Assembly: GCA_051313645.2 (NCBI GenBank)
Contig: JBNRSN020000014.1
Location: 119,908,001-119,972,000 of the forward strand
DNA length: 64,000 nt
DNA from: Centroscyllium fabricii
Taxonomy: Eukaryota
Reading direction: 5' to 3'
The notes under the pieces were generated by a model. It ran no database searches and was not told where the DNA came from. It saw only the letters and a program-made list of their open reading frames with translations. This document shows positions 12,701 through 27,700 of the stretch, in pieces (the stretch's first letter is position 1; every line of letters starts with the position of its first letter). Made by a program: the position numbers and the translations under genes.

Positions 12701-15700
12701 TAGAGCGACACCGAGCCCAGTTGGGTCACCGGGGTTCGGAGTGCTGGGCTCATGGAGCGCAGCTGGCACTCCGCGGGGGGGCGGGTCAGGATGCCGCAGA
12801 CGGTTGCGCAGGCAAGTGCTTGCAGGCGGCCTGCAACAAAAATGGCAGCCCCGCATCTCGCTTTTAAATAGCGCTGCCCGGCTGCAGGTAGGCCCACCTG
12901 ACCCCGTCGGACATAGCGTCCGGCAGTAAGACACAGGGGGCGATACCGAAGATCGTGGAAGGGGCGCTGCGCACAGTGATGACGTCATCGCCAGTGGCAC
13001 AGCGCAGCGGGGCGCTAATAGTTACCGCCGCTGTTAACCTCCAGCTGAATTTCGCGGGAGGAGTTGGTGGCGACATGCCCGGGCGCGAGTTGCTTTGCGG
13101 CCCATTAACGCCCTAACCGTTGGCGCCCTCTTAGGGCGTTAACGGGAGGCACAAAGGAACCGAATTTTTCCCGCTGAAGGTCTTAAACTTCAGAGAGCAA
13201 ATTCCACATTTCACTCATGATCAAGTCACATGTCTGCAGATACCAATATTTTCACATTAATATTCTCCTGGTTTCAGTACCGTTGTGATTTCCAACTGCG
13301 GCATCATTAATGCGGAAAGTGTCACAACTTGCGTGATATTCCAGCTGCTGACTTCTGTCGCATTAAACACTGTGGCTATCCTCCCCAGCAGTTGAATCTG
13401 GCTTTCTGGTAGCCCATTGGGATAAATCTGTTTCAGGAAAACCAAAACAATAAAATTCAGTCAATTTGTTAGGAGTGATCAGCAGTATTCAAATCCAGCT
13501 TCAAATTCCTTTTTGGATCTAGAATATTTAGCAACAGCTTATTTCCAGATCTGTTCATTAACCCTTGACCTTACTGGCTGGAATCTTTACCTTAGAGTCA
13601 GGGCGGGAGCGTGCAAACGGCACAGCGGGTCGCCCTCCCGAAGTTTTCAACAGCGTGTTCTGCACTGAGCGTTTAACTCAATTACATCAATTGAAACAAT
13701 CACGTGGGTTTCCTCGGCCAATTAAATGGAGAGCGTCTGATGACGTAACCGATGACTTGCTTTCAGCTCAGGTATTTAATGGAGTCTTGCACACATCCCA
13801 ATTGAAGGTTGTTGGAGGAGGCTTACAGGTGGTTGGGAGTGGTGGCTATTGGTCTATATTGAAGAGATGTGTGTGGGTGCAAGCAAAGATGGAGCCACAG
13901 CGATAGAAGGGTGCGCCCAAGAGAGAACCGGAGGTGGCCCGCCAATATATACTAATTTGACGACTGCAGAGGAGGCCCTCGAAATAAGTGGCGTGACAGA
14001 GCTGCTGGTGGTGGGAGACGGAGAGAGGGGGACCTCCCAGCAACCTGCTAACAGAATTAAATATCCCGCATGACATACAACAGTCACTCATGGTGACTAA
14101 TGTCAGCAGACAGTGAAATATCATCATGTGCATACTGGTAATGTTACACATTCTTATCATAAGTGTTTTATTCATGACTTTACTCTCCCACAGGTTCATC
14201 AAGAGCACCCACCCCCACTGTCCAACCGGAGGAGGAAGACGACTCTTCAGAGGAAGCTCCATTCTCGGAGGATGCACAGTCACCAGACCCATGTGCACTC
14301 AGCAGCAGCGCAGATCTATACACATCAGTGGGTCCAGCAGGACATGGAGCAGTGCTGTCACCTGGTGTCTCATACATCTCAAGTGAGCAAGAGCAGATGG
14401 TGGAGACAGGGAGAGGAGTGGAGACTCCTCGCTGGAGGGCGCATCACGCTCCAACCTCTGCTCAGCTGGATGCAGATGCTGAACCTCGGGGGCTTTTCCA
14501 GCCACAATCGGTGCGATTGTAGAGAATGGAGAAATCCATCTCTAACATGAGCACCACCATATCACAGGTGATGGCAACAAAGTGCTGTTCCATGGAAAGG
14601 ATGGCCTCCTGCATGGAGCAGCTCAGGTGCCAGTCGAATGTGAACAACAGATTGCAGTCTCTCACTGACTTCATCTTTAGGAGGGATACCAACATAGACT
14701 TAGACCTTCATTGCCCCACTGCGATGTCCAGTTCCATGCAAGCAGGGAAGTGTAGGTGGCCCATGAGAGGGATGATGTTGAGAGGGGATGTGGAATTGGG
14801 GGCTCTGCGCAAAGTGCTCCCACTTCTCCACCACTGACTCCCCCTCAGGCAGAGCCCCACATGCTGCTTTGGATCCCGATGGCTGAGTCTGCCCTTGCAC
14901 AGGTGCAGGAGGAGCAGTCTTTGCCGGGTGCCCTCACAGGCCCTAAAACCCAGAGGACATCCATCAAAAGTGTCGAAGCAGTCACAGCAGAGAAGTAGCA
15001 GCCTGCCTCTACCTATTCCCTGGCTGTGGCAGGAAAAGAGCAGCCAGAGAAACCAAGAGGGCATAGCTGGAGGGTGTCTTCCGAAGTTGCTGAAGCCACA
15101 GGGGTTGCACCTCGTAGAAGCACTCGGAAAAGAAAAAAGACACAATCGTAGATGCACATGCGTGTTTGACAAAATGTTGGTGGTTAAGTTTCACTTCTAT
15201 TTATGATGCACATAAATTTATTTATTTGCACTACTTTCCCATCTTGTCCATTTTTGCCTGCTACCTGGGAAGTGGCTGGGTTACCTGAAGTGAATGATGA
15301 GACATTACTTAACCTTGAGCAATGAGGATATGGTTGACATGAATGGTTTGGTCCTTTTAGGACTGCTTTGTGGTGTTGGTGGGCGGCAGGGGGAGAGAAG
15401 TTGGTACAGAATCTGGGAGTCAGATGGTGCACTGGTACAACTTAAGTAAATCGGGCCATTATGAGGCCATCTCCACTTCCGGTTCCTTCTCCTCCACCTC
15501 GCGTTCCAACTGTTCCTCCTCCTTCGAAGAGGCTGTTCTCTCTGCGCCTTGCTCCTCCTGCAGCGAGCATTTAGGTGGTGGAAGACTTCCGGTTCACAAA
15601 CACTCCTGGGTGATGTGCGGTTGCCTTGCTAGCCACATATGAGCAGCCAGAGCCGCAACACCGAGCACCCGCTCAGTAACACTAGCTTCATCAGTGACGA

Positions 15701-18700
15701 CATTTACATACGTGGCTTACGTGTGAAACATGGCATCGGTCACCTGGGTGATGCATTTGTGGGTGGCCGTCTGAGAGATCCTGCAAATGTCTGCTGCAGA
15801 TCCTGGAAAAAGCCTGAGGCGAAGAAGTTGAGGGTGGTGGTGACTTTGACAATCACTGGTAAGGCATGTTCACCAGGCCCTCTGGGCAGCAGGTCATCTT
15901 CCAGCAAGTTACAAATGTCTGCAACGACCTGGCATGATAGCCTGAGCCTCCTGAAGCACTGCCGTTCAATCATGTCCAGGATGCTCATCTTCTGTCTGTA
16001 TACCCTGCGTTGAGGGTATAGCCTTCGGCGCGGTGCACCCCTGTGCTGATCCCCTCTTTCATGTGGAGCATCAGGTCGATGAAGAGAAGGCTGCTGGTGT
16101 CGTTGCCGTTGGGGCTCATTTTGGTCCAAATCCGAGTTCCAAGGTGAGACTGCATAACTGGCACCCATGCAGATCTGATAGATGCCAGGTAAAGTGGAGA
16201 TCAGAATTCTCCAATGAAGTGAGAGTGACTTGTAATGTGGGGAGGGTGTCTTCCGAAGTTGCAGAAATCACCTGCAAACTCCTGAAAGCAAAATCTCTGC
16301 ACAAAATCGTGTCATCAAGTGGGAGTAAGTCAATGATTGGTCCAGTGAGGATCCTTAGGTTTTGAATGATTGTAAGGGAACAAGAAGGCAGTCCCGACAG
16401 CCACAAAGGGTGGAAGATTTCAGGAAGAATCCAGGGGACACCAGAGAGACAAGTGACAAAAGGCACAGGGTGCGGCCGAGTTACAGTCATGACTTTGACC
16501 CAGAGCATAACGGGGTAATGTAAGTCTCAATTATACTCTGTAAACTGCTCTAATACTAAGGTATAAAGCCTTGCTTGTGTTGAATAAAGTTAAATCACTG
16601 TCACCGATACGGGTCAACTTCGAACCTTTTGCAATCAGTGTGCCTCTGGGTCACTTATCTCATAGCTATTTCTGATACCTTCCTTTGTGCAAAGTGGTTG
16701 TCACATTCCTCTCTATTATAACATCACGGCAATTTAAAAATTGCTTCATTTCCTGTGAAGCACTGTGGGATGGCCTGAGGCAGTGAAAGGCACTATATAA
16801 ATGCAAGTACAAAAGCAAAATATCGCAGATGCTGGAAATCTGAAATAAAAATGGAAAATGTTGTAAATACACAGCAGGTCAGGCAGGATCATTGGAGAGA
16901 CAAAAAGAGTTAATGGTTCAGGTGGATGACCTTTTGACGAACCCGACCTGCTGAGTATTTGCTGCATTTTCTGTTTTTAGATAAATGCTAATTTCTTCTT
17001 TCTCTCTTTTCATACCTGTAATAGTCTCTTTTTCAGAACTTCCAGCTGAGTAGAATCAAAGGCAAGAGATCCCAGTTGGAGGACATTGTTTTTCAGCACA
17101 AGTTTACTCAAACAGAGGTCTAACTGGGCGGCATCATAGATTGCAGGTGTCAGGTCATTAATGGCTTCTGCTGCTATCGGTCCCTCTGTACAGACTGGAA
17201 ACAAAACCTTCTATTAGTTATAATACTTCAGTTTGCTGGTAAACATGCTCTCAAAATATCAAAAATGACCATTTAATCAAAGCCATTCCTGGATTACTGA
17301 ATTGCCGGTGAAAGGTAACACTGGTGAAATTATAGATCTGCAATTGAAAAAGAATATTTTAGCATCACTTTGCTATTTTCAGCATAGTGACCTTACTCTG
17401 TCACCCGCAGAACAATGGACACTCAACACAAAGCTATATGGGTTGCGGGACAAGTAAGCAAACTGCACGTGTCCATCAAGATCCTCTTGTTCCATTGATG
17501 CTCATGAACAATGTTCCCGCTAAGGTGCCCGTGCACACGGCCGCACAGTAATCTGAAAGGTTATATTGTAAATACCGCACATGCACACAAACTTCAAGGG
17601 ACTCCGCATTAAAAGAAGAAGGCCGCGCAAAACAAAGCGCAGATTCCAGGGAACATTGCTCATGAACTGAGGCTGCATCATATTCATAAATGAAGGACAG
17701 TCCTGTCCTTTCACTGATGACTTATGCTCTACATACATAATGGTGCTTCTCCTGCAGCATCCTGGAACTCCCTCGCTAACATGCACTGCGGGAGTACCTT
17801 CACCACACAGGCTGCAGCAGTTCAAGAAGAAGGTTCACCTTCTCAGGGGCAACTAGCGAGGAGCAATAAATGCTGGGCTTGGCAGCGACGCCCACATCCC
17901 AAGAATGAATATAGAATAATATGAATTACATACTTGCTGTATTGTTTGATCTTCCTCGTAAATTGAGCTGATTTATGAATAACAGCAGGTCACTTGGGGG
18001 TTGCAATCTTTTTGCTTTTTTAATAAATCTTGGGAGAGCTTCATTAAGGACAACCTGCATGGGACAAAATGAGAAAAGCTGAAGAATGTCACAGAAAGAA
18101 TATCTGATTTCATACAGTTCCTGATTTGCCTGCGGTAACATTTGCAAGAAAACATATTTCACCAACGAAAACATTTGCTGGAAAACATTAGTGCTAGTGC
18201 TATACTGGAAAGAATGGTGCTTGCAGGACAAAGGGACGATTGCCATGCAATTCACAAGCCCACCCTCCAACATCTAATTCAATGGAAGCCTCCAGTGCTA
18301 AGCATGTTTGAAAAAGAACACAACCACATGTAAAAGGAGCTCTGCGTAGAGTTCTCAATGAGCCTCACCAGATTCTAAGAAATCTACAATGATTTAGAAA
18401 CCAACACATTTTCAGATTCAATTTTGGGCCTCCAAATATAGGGTTCAACAAAACCACCACAACCATATTATAGGTCAGTGACAAACTGCCCAATATCATC
18501 GTCCACGTTAATGAAGTTACCATGCATGTCATTGTGATTTCAAACTGGAACTCATTTTTATGTGGATGCAAATGTTTTGATCAAATAAAAAGTGAAAACA
18601 TATCTTCATCACGTGGGATTTGGGTCACTTAGTGTTTCTCAAGAACAGGTTTTAACTGAAGAGTGTATTATAGTCCAACCAAGATTTTCAGTGGGGTTAT

Positions 18701-21700
18701 TGTCTCACAAATTTAGCTATCTGAATCAATTTTAAACCAAGTAAAGCATACCCTGTTTACTTGGGTCCATGTTTCGGTCAAAGCCAACGGAAGATTTCCT
18801 AGATCGCGTATTGTAGATGACGACCAAGATGAAGGAACACTACAGAAAAAGAAGACGCTCTGAGTTAAGAATACATTCCTATAACTGCCACCTTAAAAAT
18901 ACAACTGATAAGTACCGTCTGTGTTTCAACAGCAAATAATCTGCAACGGATATCCTCTAAAAATTCATGCTCCAGCTTTTCTGAATTACACTGAGCAATT
19001 TTAAAATCCCATGCCTAACACCCAAAAGTCACCGTACTTTCAAAATCATTCCCATGAAAATATACACAGAATTTTCCAACTGAGATGTGGAGGAAGGAAA
19101 AACTTGAAAATTAAGAACCCTTTTCTCACACACTTACAACTACCTTTCTTCTGGCCACAGGCTGCTAGAGCAGTCAGTAGAGTGCTTAGGAATATGGTAA
19201 TTGCAAAACAAAAAAAGACCAAGGTTCATCTTGTTCACCTTCTACCATCCTGCAAGTTGCAAGATACAATGATATGGAGTTGTTGACTAATCATGGCGAT
19301 CAATCTCTATCAATTAGTCTGCAACAAATCCAGACATCAGGTGAGGAAAGCCCCAGTGGTGGAAAGCTTTGGGAACCATAGGTCCACAGTTACTTGTTCT
19401 CCCAAGCATGCACGCACCTCTCCTTGCTCGACCAAGGCGGATTTCAGGCCCAAGTCTGCTGTTATTTCAATTCACTTGCTTCTACTACGGTATACATGGG
19501 GATTGTTGTGTAGACAGTATCCACATTCCCCTTAGAAAGTTCACAGTATTACACGAAGCAATGAAGCATGAAAATAAGAGACTCTGGTGTCATCTGTAAG
19601 GAAATACGTGAACATTTCACACTCACCCGTATTTGCTGGCTCCACTCTGAAGGAGAACTTCAATTGCTCTCTTCTGATCCTCTCTGTAGGAAATGCAATT
19701 CTTTAATGCATCCAAAATGGAAATATCAGATTCGGTGATAATGGATCCCTCGAGGTCACAGACCAAAACACCCAGTACGGTCACACTTTCCTTCGTCAGA
19801 TTTCTGCCAGAAATTCGCTGAATTTTGGCAAAATGATCAACATTAATTCAGCAGTACAATAATTCTTTGCACACAAATGAAACTCAGTTCATCTTTACCA
19901 TTTGAAGACGACAACAGTGGCATGAAATAACAGTGTCAAAATTCATCAATATTATCAAGAAAATGAGAAATATTCATTTGGCCATGGACTTCATTTTAAA
20001 CTCAGATTACAGCTTCAGCTGAATGGATCCCAAAATATTTTGCCACTGATCAACAGTGCAACATTCAGTCCATTTCACCACTTTAACTGGGCAATTCAGA
20101 TACAAAACTTTCTACTCTAACCTAGTATAATGGGAGTGAAGCGTAAGTAAGGAAAGTGTTTGTAATCCCCAGAAATCTTTGGAAGTGCAGTCAATGTTGT
20201 TTTGTAGGCAAAATTTGAAGCCAATTTACACACAGCCAGGTCACACAAACAGGCAGAAAGGCCTCATGTGAAAGACAGCACATCCCACAATACAGCACTA
20301 ACTGTCTGTACAGATTATGTGTTCATGTACTGAAGTGGGACTTTAACTGACAACTTTCTGATACACAGCTAAGAGTGTTACCGTTCAGCCAAACAAACAA
20401 TGTTGTGGTTGGCAGGTTCAAGATGAAACAGGATGCAACATATACACTTAACGAAGCATGTTTCAGAAATGTTTTATTTCAGGCTGGGACTCTCAAAGGA
20501 AGGGACTATTTCCAGTTGTCTATCAGTATATTAAAAAGCTTAGAAATCATATGATGTTCCATATCATGATAGTAATGCTCACTTTGTAAGCACAGCCGAC
20601 TGCATTTGTGGTTACTAAAGAGATTTTATTGCACTGATCTAATGACCTAACAGCCTTTACTCATTCCTACATTCTCAAATTCTTATATTCTAACCAATGT
20701 ATCAATGATCAAAACTCAAAAGCAAATACTGACCATTTTGGAAAGGAGGTAGCTGTGGTAATTAGAGCGAAGAAACATCCCAAAGTCTTCCACCCCCTAA
20801 GCCTGGGCACTGAGGACAAATGTCACATCCAGGCCACTGGACCTGGTGTCCAGTAATTGAGTTATTATCAGTTTATTGTGACCATGTCTAACACTTCGGT
20901 TCGTATTGGCCCTTGAAGGACCAACTCACTTGGCATCCTAATACAATAGGTGGTATGGTGAGACATTCCTTATAATCATACATTGTGCCAATGTGTGATT
21001 GGTTAGAGGAGTGATGCTCCTTTTCACAATCAGTGCTGTCCATGATGCTGGTTTTATTAATCCCTAGCTTGTACCTGCTGAGCGCTTTATCCTTACCAAA
21101 CAGGTTCTGGCATCATTCAACATATTTCGTCGTCTTGCTGATCGTTTTCCTAAGATATTAATGTTTGATTTCCCAACTAATTTGAAGAATGTCTGGCAGT
21201 TGGAGGATCTCCTGAAGTGTGCAGAGCTACAAAGTGAAACAGGAGATAGGTTCAGATTATATTAAGGAGGATGACCAGATTGATTGGTGACTTCCATAGT
21301 CCCAATTGTCTCTCCTTTTCTCCCTTCTTCTACTCAAGGTGCACACAGTCAAAGAATTTCACACACATACAAACACACGCACACACTTCCCAGATGGATA
21401 TCAGTGTGAGATCCCCAAATCTTCCACCTCTGGGCATTGAGGACAATTGTCACAGCCATACCACTGCCTTCACATCATCTCATTTTGTAACATTAATTTA
21501 TGGATTATATGCACAATGAAAGAGTTAAATATTAGAATTTTAAAAGCTTGTTGGTTGAGTCAAACTCAAACTAAACAACATTCTATGCTGTTCTTTTGTT
21601 TTCCTCCTGAATCATTCTCGAGTTACTTTTTCAATAGATGTCCCAGAGGCATATACCCTTGACATCAAACATCATTCACAAACACAGGTAAAATAGAGGG

Positions 21701-24700
21701 AGGTGGTGACCTGCTCCTGGCTGTTGAGTGTAGTAGATCGCGTTAATCTCACCTCTAATTTTCCTCCCTTATAAAATCATAGAATAGTACAGCACAGAAG
21801 GAGGCCATTCGGCCCATCGGGTCTGTGCCGGCTCTTTTGAGGAATAATCCGTTAGTCCCACTCTCCCGCTCTTTCCCCATAGCCATGCTTTATTTTCTCC
21901 TTCAAGTATTTATCTAATTCCCTTTTGAAATCTATTCAATTTGAATGCCCCACCCTATCAGGCAGTTATATCCCAAAGGCAGTTACAAGTTAAAGCGCTC
22001 ATGGGTCCTTACGGATTTCATTATCAAAGCTCTTTTCAACAAAACAATTGAGGAAAATGTCGATAAAATAGAACATACTTGAAGAACAGCAGAACATCCA
22101 CAGGGAAGGTGTCTATGGCTAATCGCGTTCCATTAGAAGTTAATCTAGCAGCCATACAGTCCAGCTGAAAAGAGAGGCCACAAATTCAGGTTGTGAACAG
22201 AAAGATAAAAACCTACATTCGTTGGTGATGTTCCTCAGGACACCCCATTTTCTTTTGTTGTAAATGGCTTTCTCTGAATTTGGTGAGCAGTTGATTATAG
22301 AAAGTTTTGCCAAATCACAACAACCAACATTTCACCTCCATACAAACTGTAACTTACGACTCGACTCAGCTACATTTCAGACTTAAAATCATTTTCACTC
22401 ACATTTTCGTCCTCGGGAATTTGACATGTATCTACAGGAAACAGTATCCCCCGGGTGCTCCGGTTTCCTCCCACAGTCCAAAGATGTGCGGGTTAGGTTG
22501 ATTGGCCATGATAAATTGACCCTTAGTGTTAGGGGGATTTAATATGTGGGGTTACGGGGACAGGGTGGGATATGTGTCGGTGCAGGCTCGATAGGGATCG
22601 AGGGATATGGGGAGAGGGCAGGGGCGGGGTACTGGGTTTGGATGATCAGCCATGATCTCATTGAATGGTGGAGCAGGCTCGAAGGGCTGAATGGCCTACT
22701 CCTGCTCCTATCTTCTATGTTTCTATGAAACTCTTTTTTTATCCGGCACCGACAGGACCGGCGTGGTGCTGGTTTATCAAAAAGTCAGGATTACAGAGAG
22801 GTATTGTTAAAAGGTACAACAGGCCATAAACTCAGGCTTCCCTGTTGCTTAGCAACAGCTTCAAGAACAAATCCAGGCTTCCCTATTGCTTAGCAACAGG
22901 TGCAGGAACCCGATTACACAGCCACAGATCCAGGAACCGCCACTAATATGCAGTAAAACTTACCTGAACCTACTCCTGAATTTTGCCGGTTAATAGAGAA
23001 TTCAGGATATTTAGGTGCCGTTTAAACGAGAGTTTACTGTACTTGAATATCAAGTCGGGGAGCTATCACACATTTTGTTAACTCAAGTCAATCTTGCAGT
23101 TAGATAGTGGAATGGGCATCTTACACGGTCAACTGTCCATGCTGTAAGATTCTGTACTTCAGTCATTTGGTCAATGTTGACCATAGCCATTTTGTCATGT
23201 TCTACCCTAGTCCTGATATTACAGGGTAGATTTAACAAATTTGTGCTCCTGGCACTGACCCTTGGTGCTCGGAGTACATATCATGAATTAGAGCGTGGAG
23301 GTCATTGAGTCCCATAGGATTTTCCATTCATTAAAATTTATTTGCAAAATACACTCTGTTACTTTTACATTTAAGAACATAAGAAATAGGAGCAGGAGTA
23401 GGCCATTCGGCCCTTCAAGCACGCTCCGCCATTCAATGAGATCATGGCTAAACTTCTGCTTCAACTCCATTCACCGACCCTATCGCCATATTCTTTGATG
23501 CCCTTACTAGTCAGAAATCTAGCGACTTCTGTTTTGAATATACCAAATGACGTAGAGAATTCCACAGATTCACCACCCTCTATGTGAAGAAATATCTTCT
23601 CAACTCAGTCCTGAATGGCCTACCCTTGATCCTGAGGCTGTGGCCCCTGCCAAGGGGAACATTCTCCCAGCATCCATCCCATCAAGCCCTGTAATGATTT
23701 TGTATGCTTCAATGAGATCCCCTCTCATTATTCTGAATTCATGAGAATACAGGCCTAGTTTACTCAATCTCTTCTCATACAACAGTTCCGCCAACCCAGG
23801 AATCAATCTTATGAACCTTCGTTGCATTCCCTTCTATGGCAAGTATAACCTTCCTTAGGTAAGGAGACCAAAATTGTACACAGTACTCCAAGTGTGGTCT
23901 CAGCAAGGCCCTTTATAATTGGAGTAAGACTTCTTTACTCCTGTACTCAAATCCTCTTGTAATGAAGGCCAGCATACCATTTGCCTTCCTAAATGGCTTG
24001 CTGCAGTTCCACTTTCACTTTCAGTGACTCATGTACAAGGCCACCCAGGTCCCTTTGTGCATCTGCATTTCCCAAATCTTTCACCATTTAGGAAATACTC
24101 TGCCTTTCTGTTTTTTCTACCAAAGTGGATAACTTCACACTTATCCACATTATATTCCATCTGCCATGTTCTCGCCCACTTACTGGGCTTGTCGAAATCC
24201 CCTTGAAGCCTCTTCACATCCTCTTTGCAACTAACACTGCCAGCTAGCTTTGTATCATCAGCAAATTTGGGAATGTTACATTTAGTCCCCTCATCCAAAT
24301 CATTGACATAGATTGTGAATAGCTGGGACCCAAGCACCGATCCTTGCTATACCCGACTAGTCACAGCCTGCCATCCTGAAAAAGACCAGTTTATCCCTAC
24401 TCTTCGTTTTCTGTCTGTTAACCAATTCTCAATCAATGCTGGTATATTACCCCCTATTCCATGTGCCCTAATTTTGTTCACAAACCACATGTGTTGGACC
24501 TTATTGGAGACCTTCTAAAAATGCAGATACACCACATCTACCGGTTCCCCTTTGTCTACTCTACTCCACTAGTTACATCCTCAAAGAACTCCAATTGGTT
24601 TGTCAAACAAGATTTCCCTTTCATAAATCCATGTTGACTCTGTCCAATCTTACTATTAGTTTCTAAGTGCCCAGTCATTGCATCCTTTATAACAGATTCA

Positions 24701-27700
24701 AGCATTTTTCCAACTACTAATGTGAGGCTAAGAGGTCTGTGGTTCCACGTTTTCTCTCTCCCTCCTTTAAATAGTGGAGTTATATTTGTTATCCTCCAAT
24801 CTGAAGGAACCATTCCAGAATCTATAGAATTTTGGAAGATCACAACCAATGCGTCCACTATTCCGATGGCCACCTCTTTCAAAACCCTAGGATTTCGGTC
24901 ATCCGGTCCTTGGGATTTATCGACTTTTAGTCCCATTAATTTTGTTAGTACTGTTTTTTACTAATAATTCCTTTAAGTTCCTCATTCTCAATTAAACCAA
25001 TCCATCAGCAACAATGGAAAATGTGCTTAATGGGAATACACTCAAACTTTCCTCCAATGCGATTTTTGTGAATGACCTCACCTGACTTTCATCAAGCACG
25101 ACCCCTTTACCCTTCATTGCTTGAACAAGCTGAATAAATGTCGGATCATTCAGGGTCTTCACTGCACCACAACTGAAGCCTTGCAGGACAGAGGGTGAGA
25201 ATCTGAAACAAATAATGGCATCATAAATTCATTTCTAAATAACTCACTTTCTTCGTAACTTTCAAACCTGTTATCACAATCTCTACATCATTTATATTTG
25301 TAACACAATCATCCATTGAGTGACTGGATCTCCACTTTATTACATTTTACCCATCTGAACACCGAGATACTGGGCCTATTTCAGCAATCATGAGGGGCTG
25401 AGTTGTGGAACGAGGGCTATCACACAAGTTTACAATCTGAAATGTACACCCACTTGGGCCAAATCATTCAACTCAATGTAATAATTTCAGTTGATGCAAG
25501 TTCTGCTGCAGCCTAATGTGGCTCACTGTATGCCTGAAATCTTCATTTCATACTTTAGAGCTGATCAAACAGGAACTTTTGGATTCTAAGAATTACAGGG
25601 GACACATTGACCAATTGGAGCTCCCAAATTTGGGACCCAGAAATAGTTATTGTCATTGCATTGGACAAAATATTCAACTCGTAAACATTGCTCTGTGAAA
25701 GATAGTGCGAGCATTCCACTCACAACAGGTTTAATTATTGACTTAAACTAGAACTCCGTTCCTTGGATAAAAGATTCTGCTCTACAGATTATGGCCGCGA
25801 TTTTACCTGAAGAGGCGAGTTGGGAGCGGGTCAGCTGACTTGTGGGTTCTGATCCTGCCCCCAACGACGCCCGACGCACAGACGCTATTTTGCGTCAATT
25901 GGCCTGGTTAAGCCTGCCCTGCAGACTTGCCGGCCAAGTAAGAGAAAGCCGGTGTCAGATGACGTCAGTTGAGGACGCATCATCTGCAAGTTTTCTTAAA
26001 GGGGACACGCTCATTTTTGTTTGACAGAATATTTTTCAATGTTTAACAGCACTGAGGTGCTGCAAACACTGACAATCAGTGTACAAAGGTGACCCCTTGC
26101 ACCCAGACTCTCCAGAGACCCTCTTCTTAGGATAGAACAGATGGCAGCTGAAGGTGAGGTTACAGAAGCAATCTGTCACTGGTGAGAGAGGTTCTCCCAA
26201 TGAACTGGGACTACACAAACACTTCAAACTTTACTATCTACAGAAAAGTCTAGTGGGGAGAAATTTAGAAACATAGAAACTAGGAGCAGGAGTAGGCCAT
26301 TCGGCCCTTCGAGCCTGCTTCGCCATTCAATGAGATCATGGCTGATCAACCAAACCCAGTACCCTGTCCCTGCCCTCTCCCCATATCCCTCGATCCCTAT
26401 CGAGCCTGCATCGACACATATCCCACCCTATCCCCGTAACCCCACATATTCAATCCCCCTAACACTAAGGGTCAATTTATCCTGGCCAATCAACCTAACC
26501 CGCACATCTTTGGACTGTGGGAGGAAACCGGAGCACCCGGAGGAAACCCACGCAGACACGGGGAGAATGTGCAAACTCCACACAGATAGTACCCGAGGCT
26601 GGATTTGAACCCGGGTCTCCAGTGCTGTGAGGCAACAGTGCTAACCACTGTGCCACATTGCCGCCCTAATTTGGTTGCTTTCCGCCTGCCGTTAGCGCTC
26701 TAAATTCTGTGGGAGGTTAGTGACGGCGGTAATTTTTAGTGCCCCACGGTACTGCCCCACCGGCGATCACGTCGTCACCGTGCGCCGCGCCTGCTCGCGA
26801 CCCGGCCGCGATCTTTGGTAGCGCACCCTGACTTACTGCCGGCCGCCACATTCGACGGGGTCAGGGGGTCTAACTGCAGCCGGCGCGGCGCTTATTAAAG
26901 GCGAGGTGCCGGTGGACATTTTTGTTGCTGGCCACCAGCCAGCACCTGCCTCCGTTGCAGTCCCTGGTCTTCTGAGCAGCACCCCCCGCCATCCCCAGAG
27001 TGCCGGGGGCACTCCATGAGCCAGCACTTTTGCCGGCACTCTGCTCCCAGTGGCCCTGGGTCGCACTGCGCAACGCCCTATCCCCTTAAGGGGAGGAAGG
27101 CCTACAATACAGTGCCGCAATATCCCCTCGCAGCGCCCCAAGAGGGAGGTGGGCCGCGACCAATGAATTTTGGCCGCGGGGGTGCTAGTTTTTTCGCCCT
27201 CTTGGGATGCATTACCAATGAATTTCGGCCGCGGGTTGCTAATTTGTTCGTAGCGCCCCGGTGACGTTAGAGTCCCAAAGGGGGCGCAGCTCAATATTTT
27301 CCAATGAATCAAAAATGATTTTCCAGCATTTCTTAGCTCTGAAACTCACCAGTGTGCCATTGGATCCTTCACACAACTTGCAGCTATCATCAATGAAGAA
27401 ACATTACAGTAGACCCACAACACGCCACACTTACCTGCCACGGTGTCCAGATGTCGGGAAGCCCGCTGTCGACCTGGCAAATTTGGAGAAAGCCTCTTAA
27501 CTGCCTCTTAACAAGCAGTTAAGTGGCTATAATCCTCTTCCCGCCGCTCGAAGTCGGATGCGTGCACAAATCGGGGACCCGACTCCCGGGAAGATTGATT
27601 GGAGGCGGGTTGGAAGCGGGTTCGGGACCCGCTGCCAATCTTTGATTTTGCCAGCAGTCTCCCCTTCAAACCCGACCACTGAGCACCGGCAAAATCGAGC

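Noticed and set aside
15740-16168. HARBI1 host gene
   Set aside because: Frameshifted, internally deleted, and embedded in a transposon relic with its Myb-like partner.
16371-16662. Possible solo LTR (TG..CA, AATAAA)
   Set aside because: No matching TSD found; boundaries unsupported.
22833-22899. Two ~26-bp direct repeats (caggcttccct.ttgcttagcaacag), superficially CRISPR-like
   Set aside because: Only two copies, inside a eukaryotic MITE; no cas genes.
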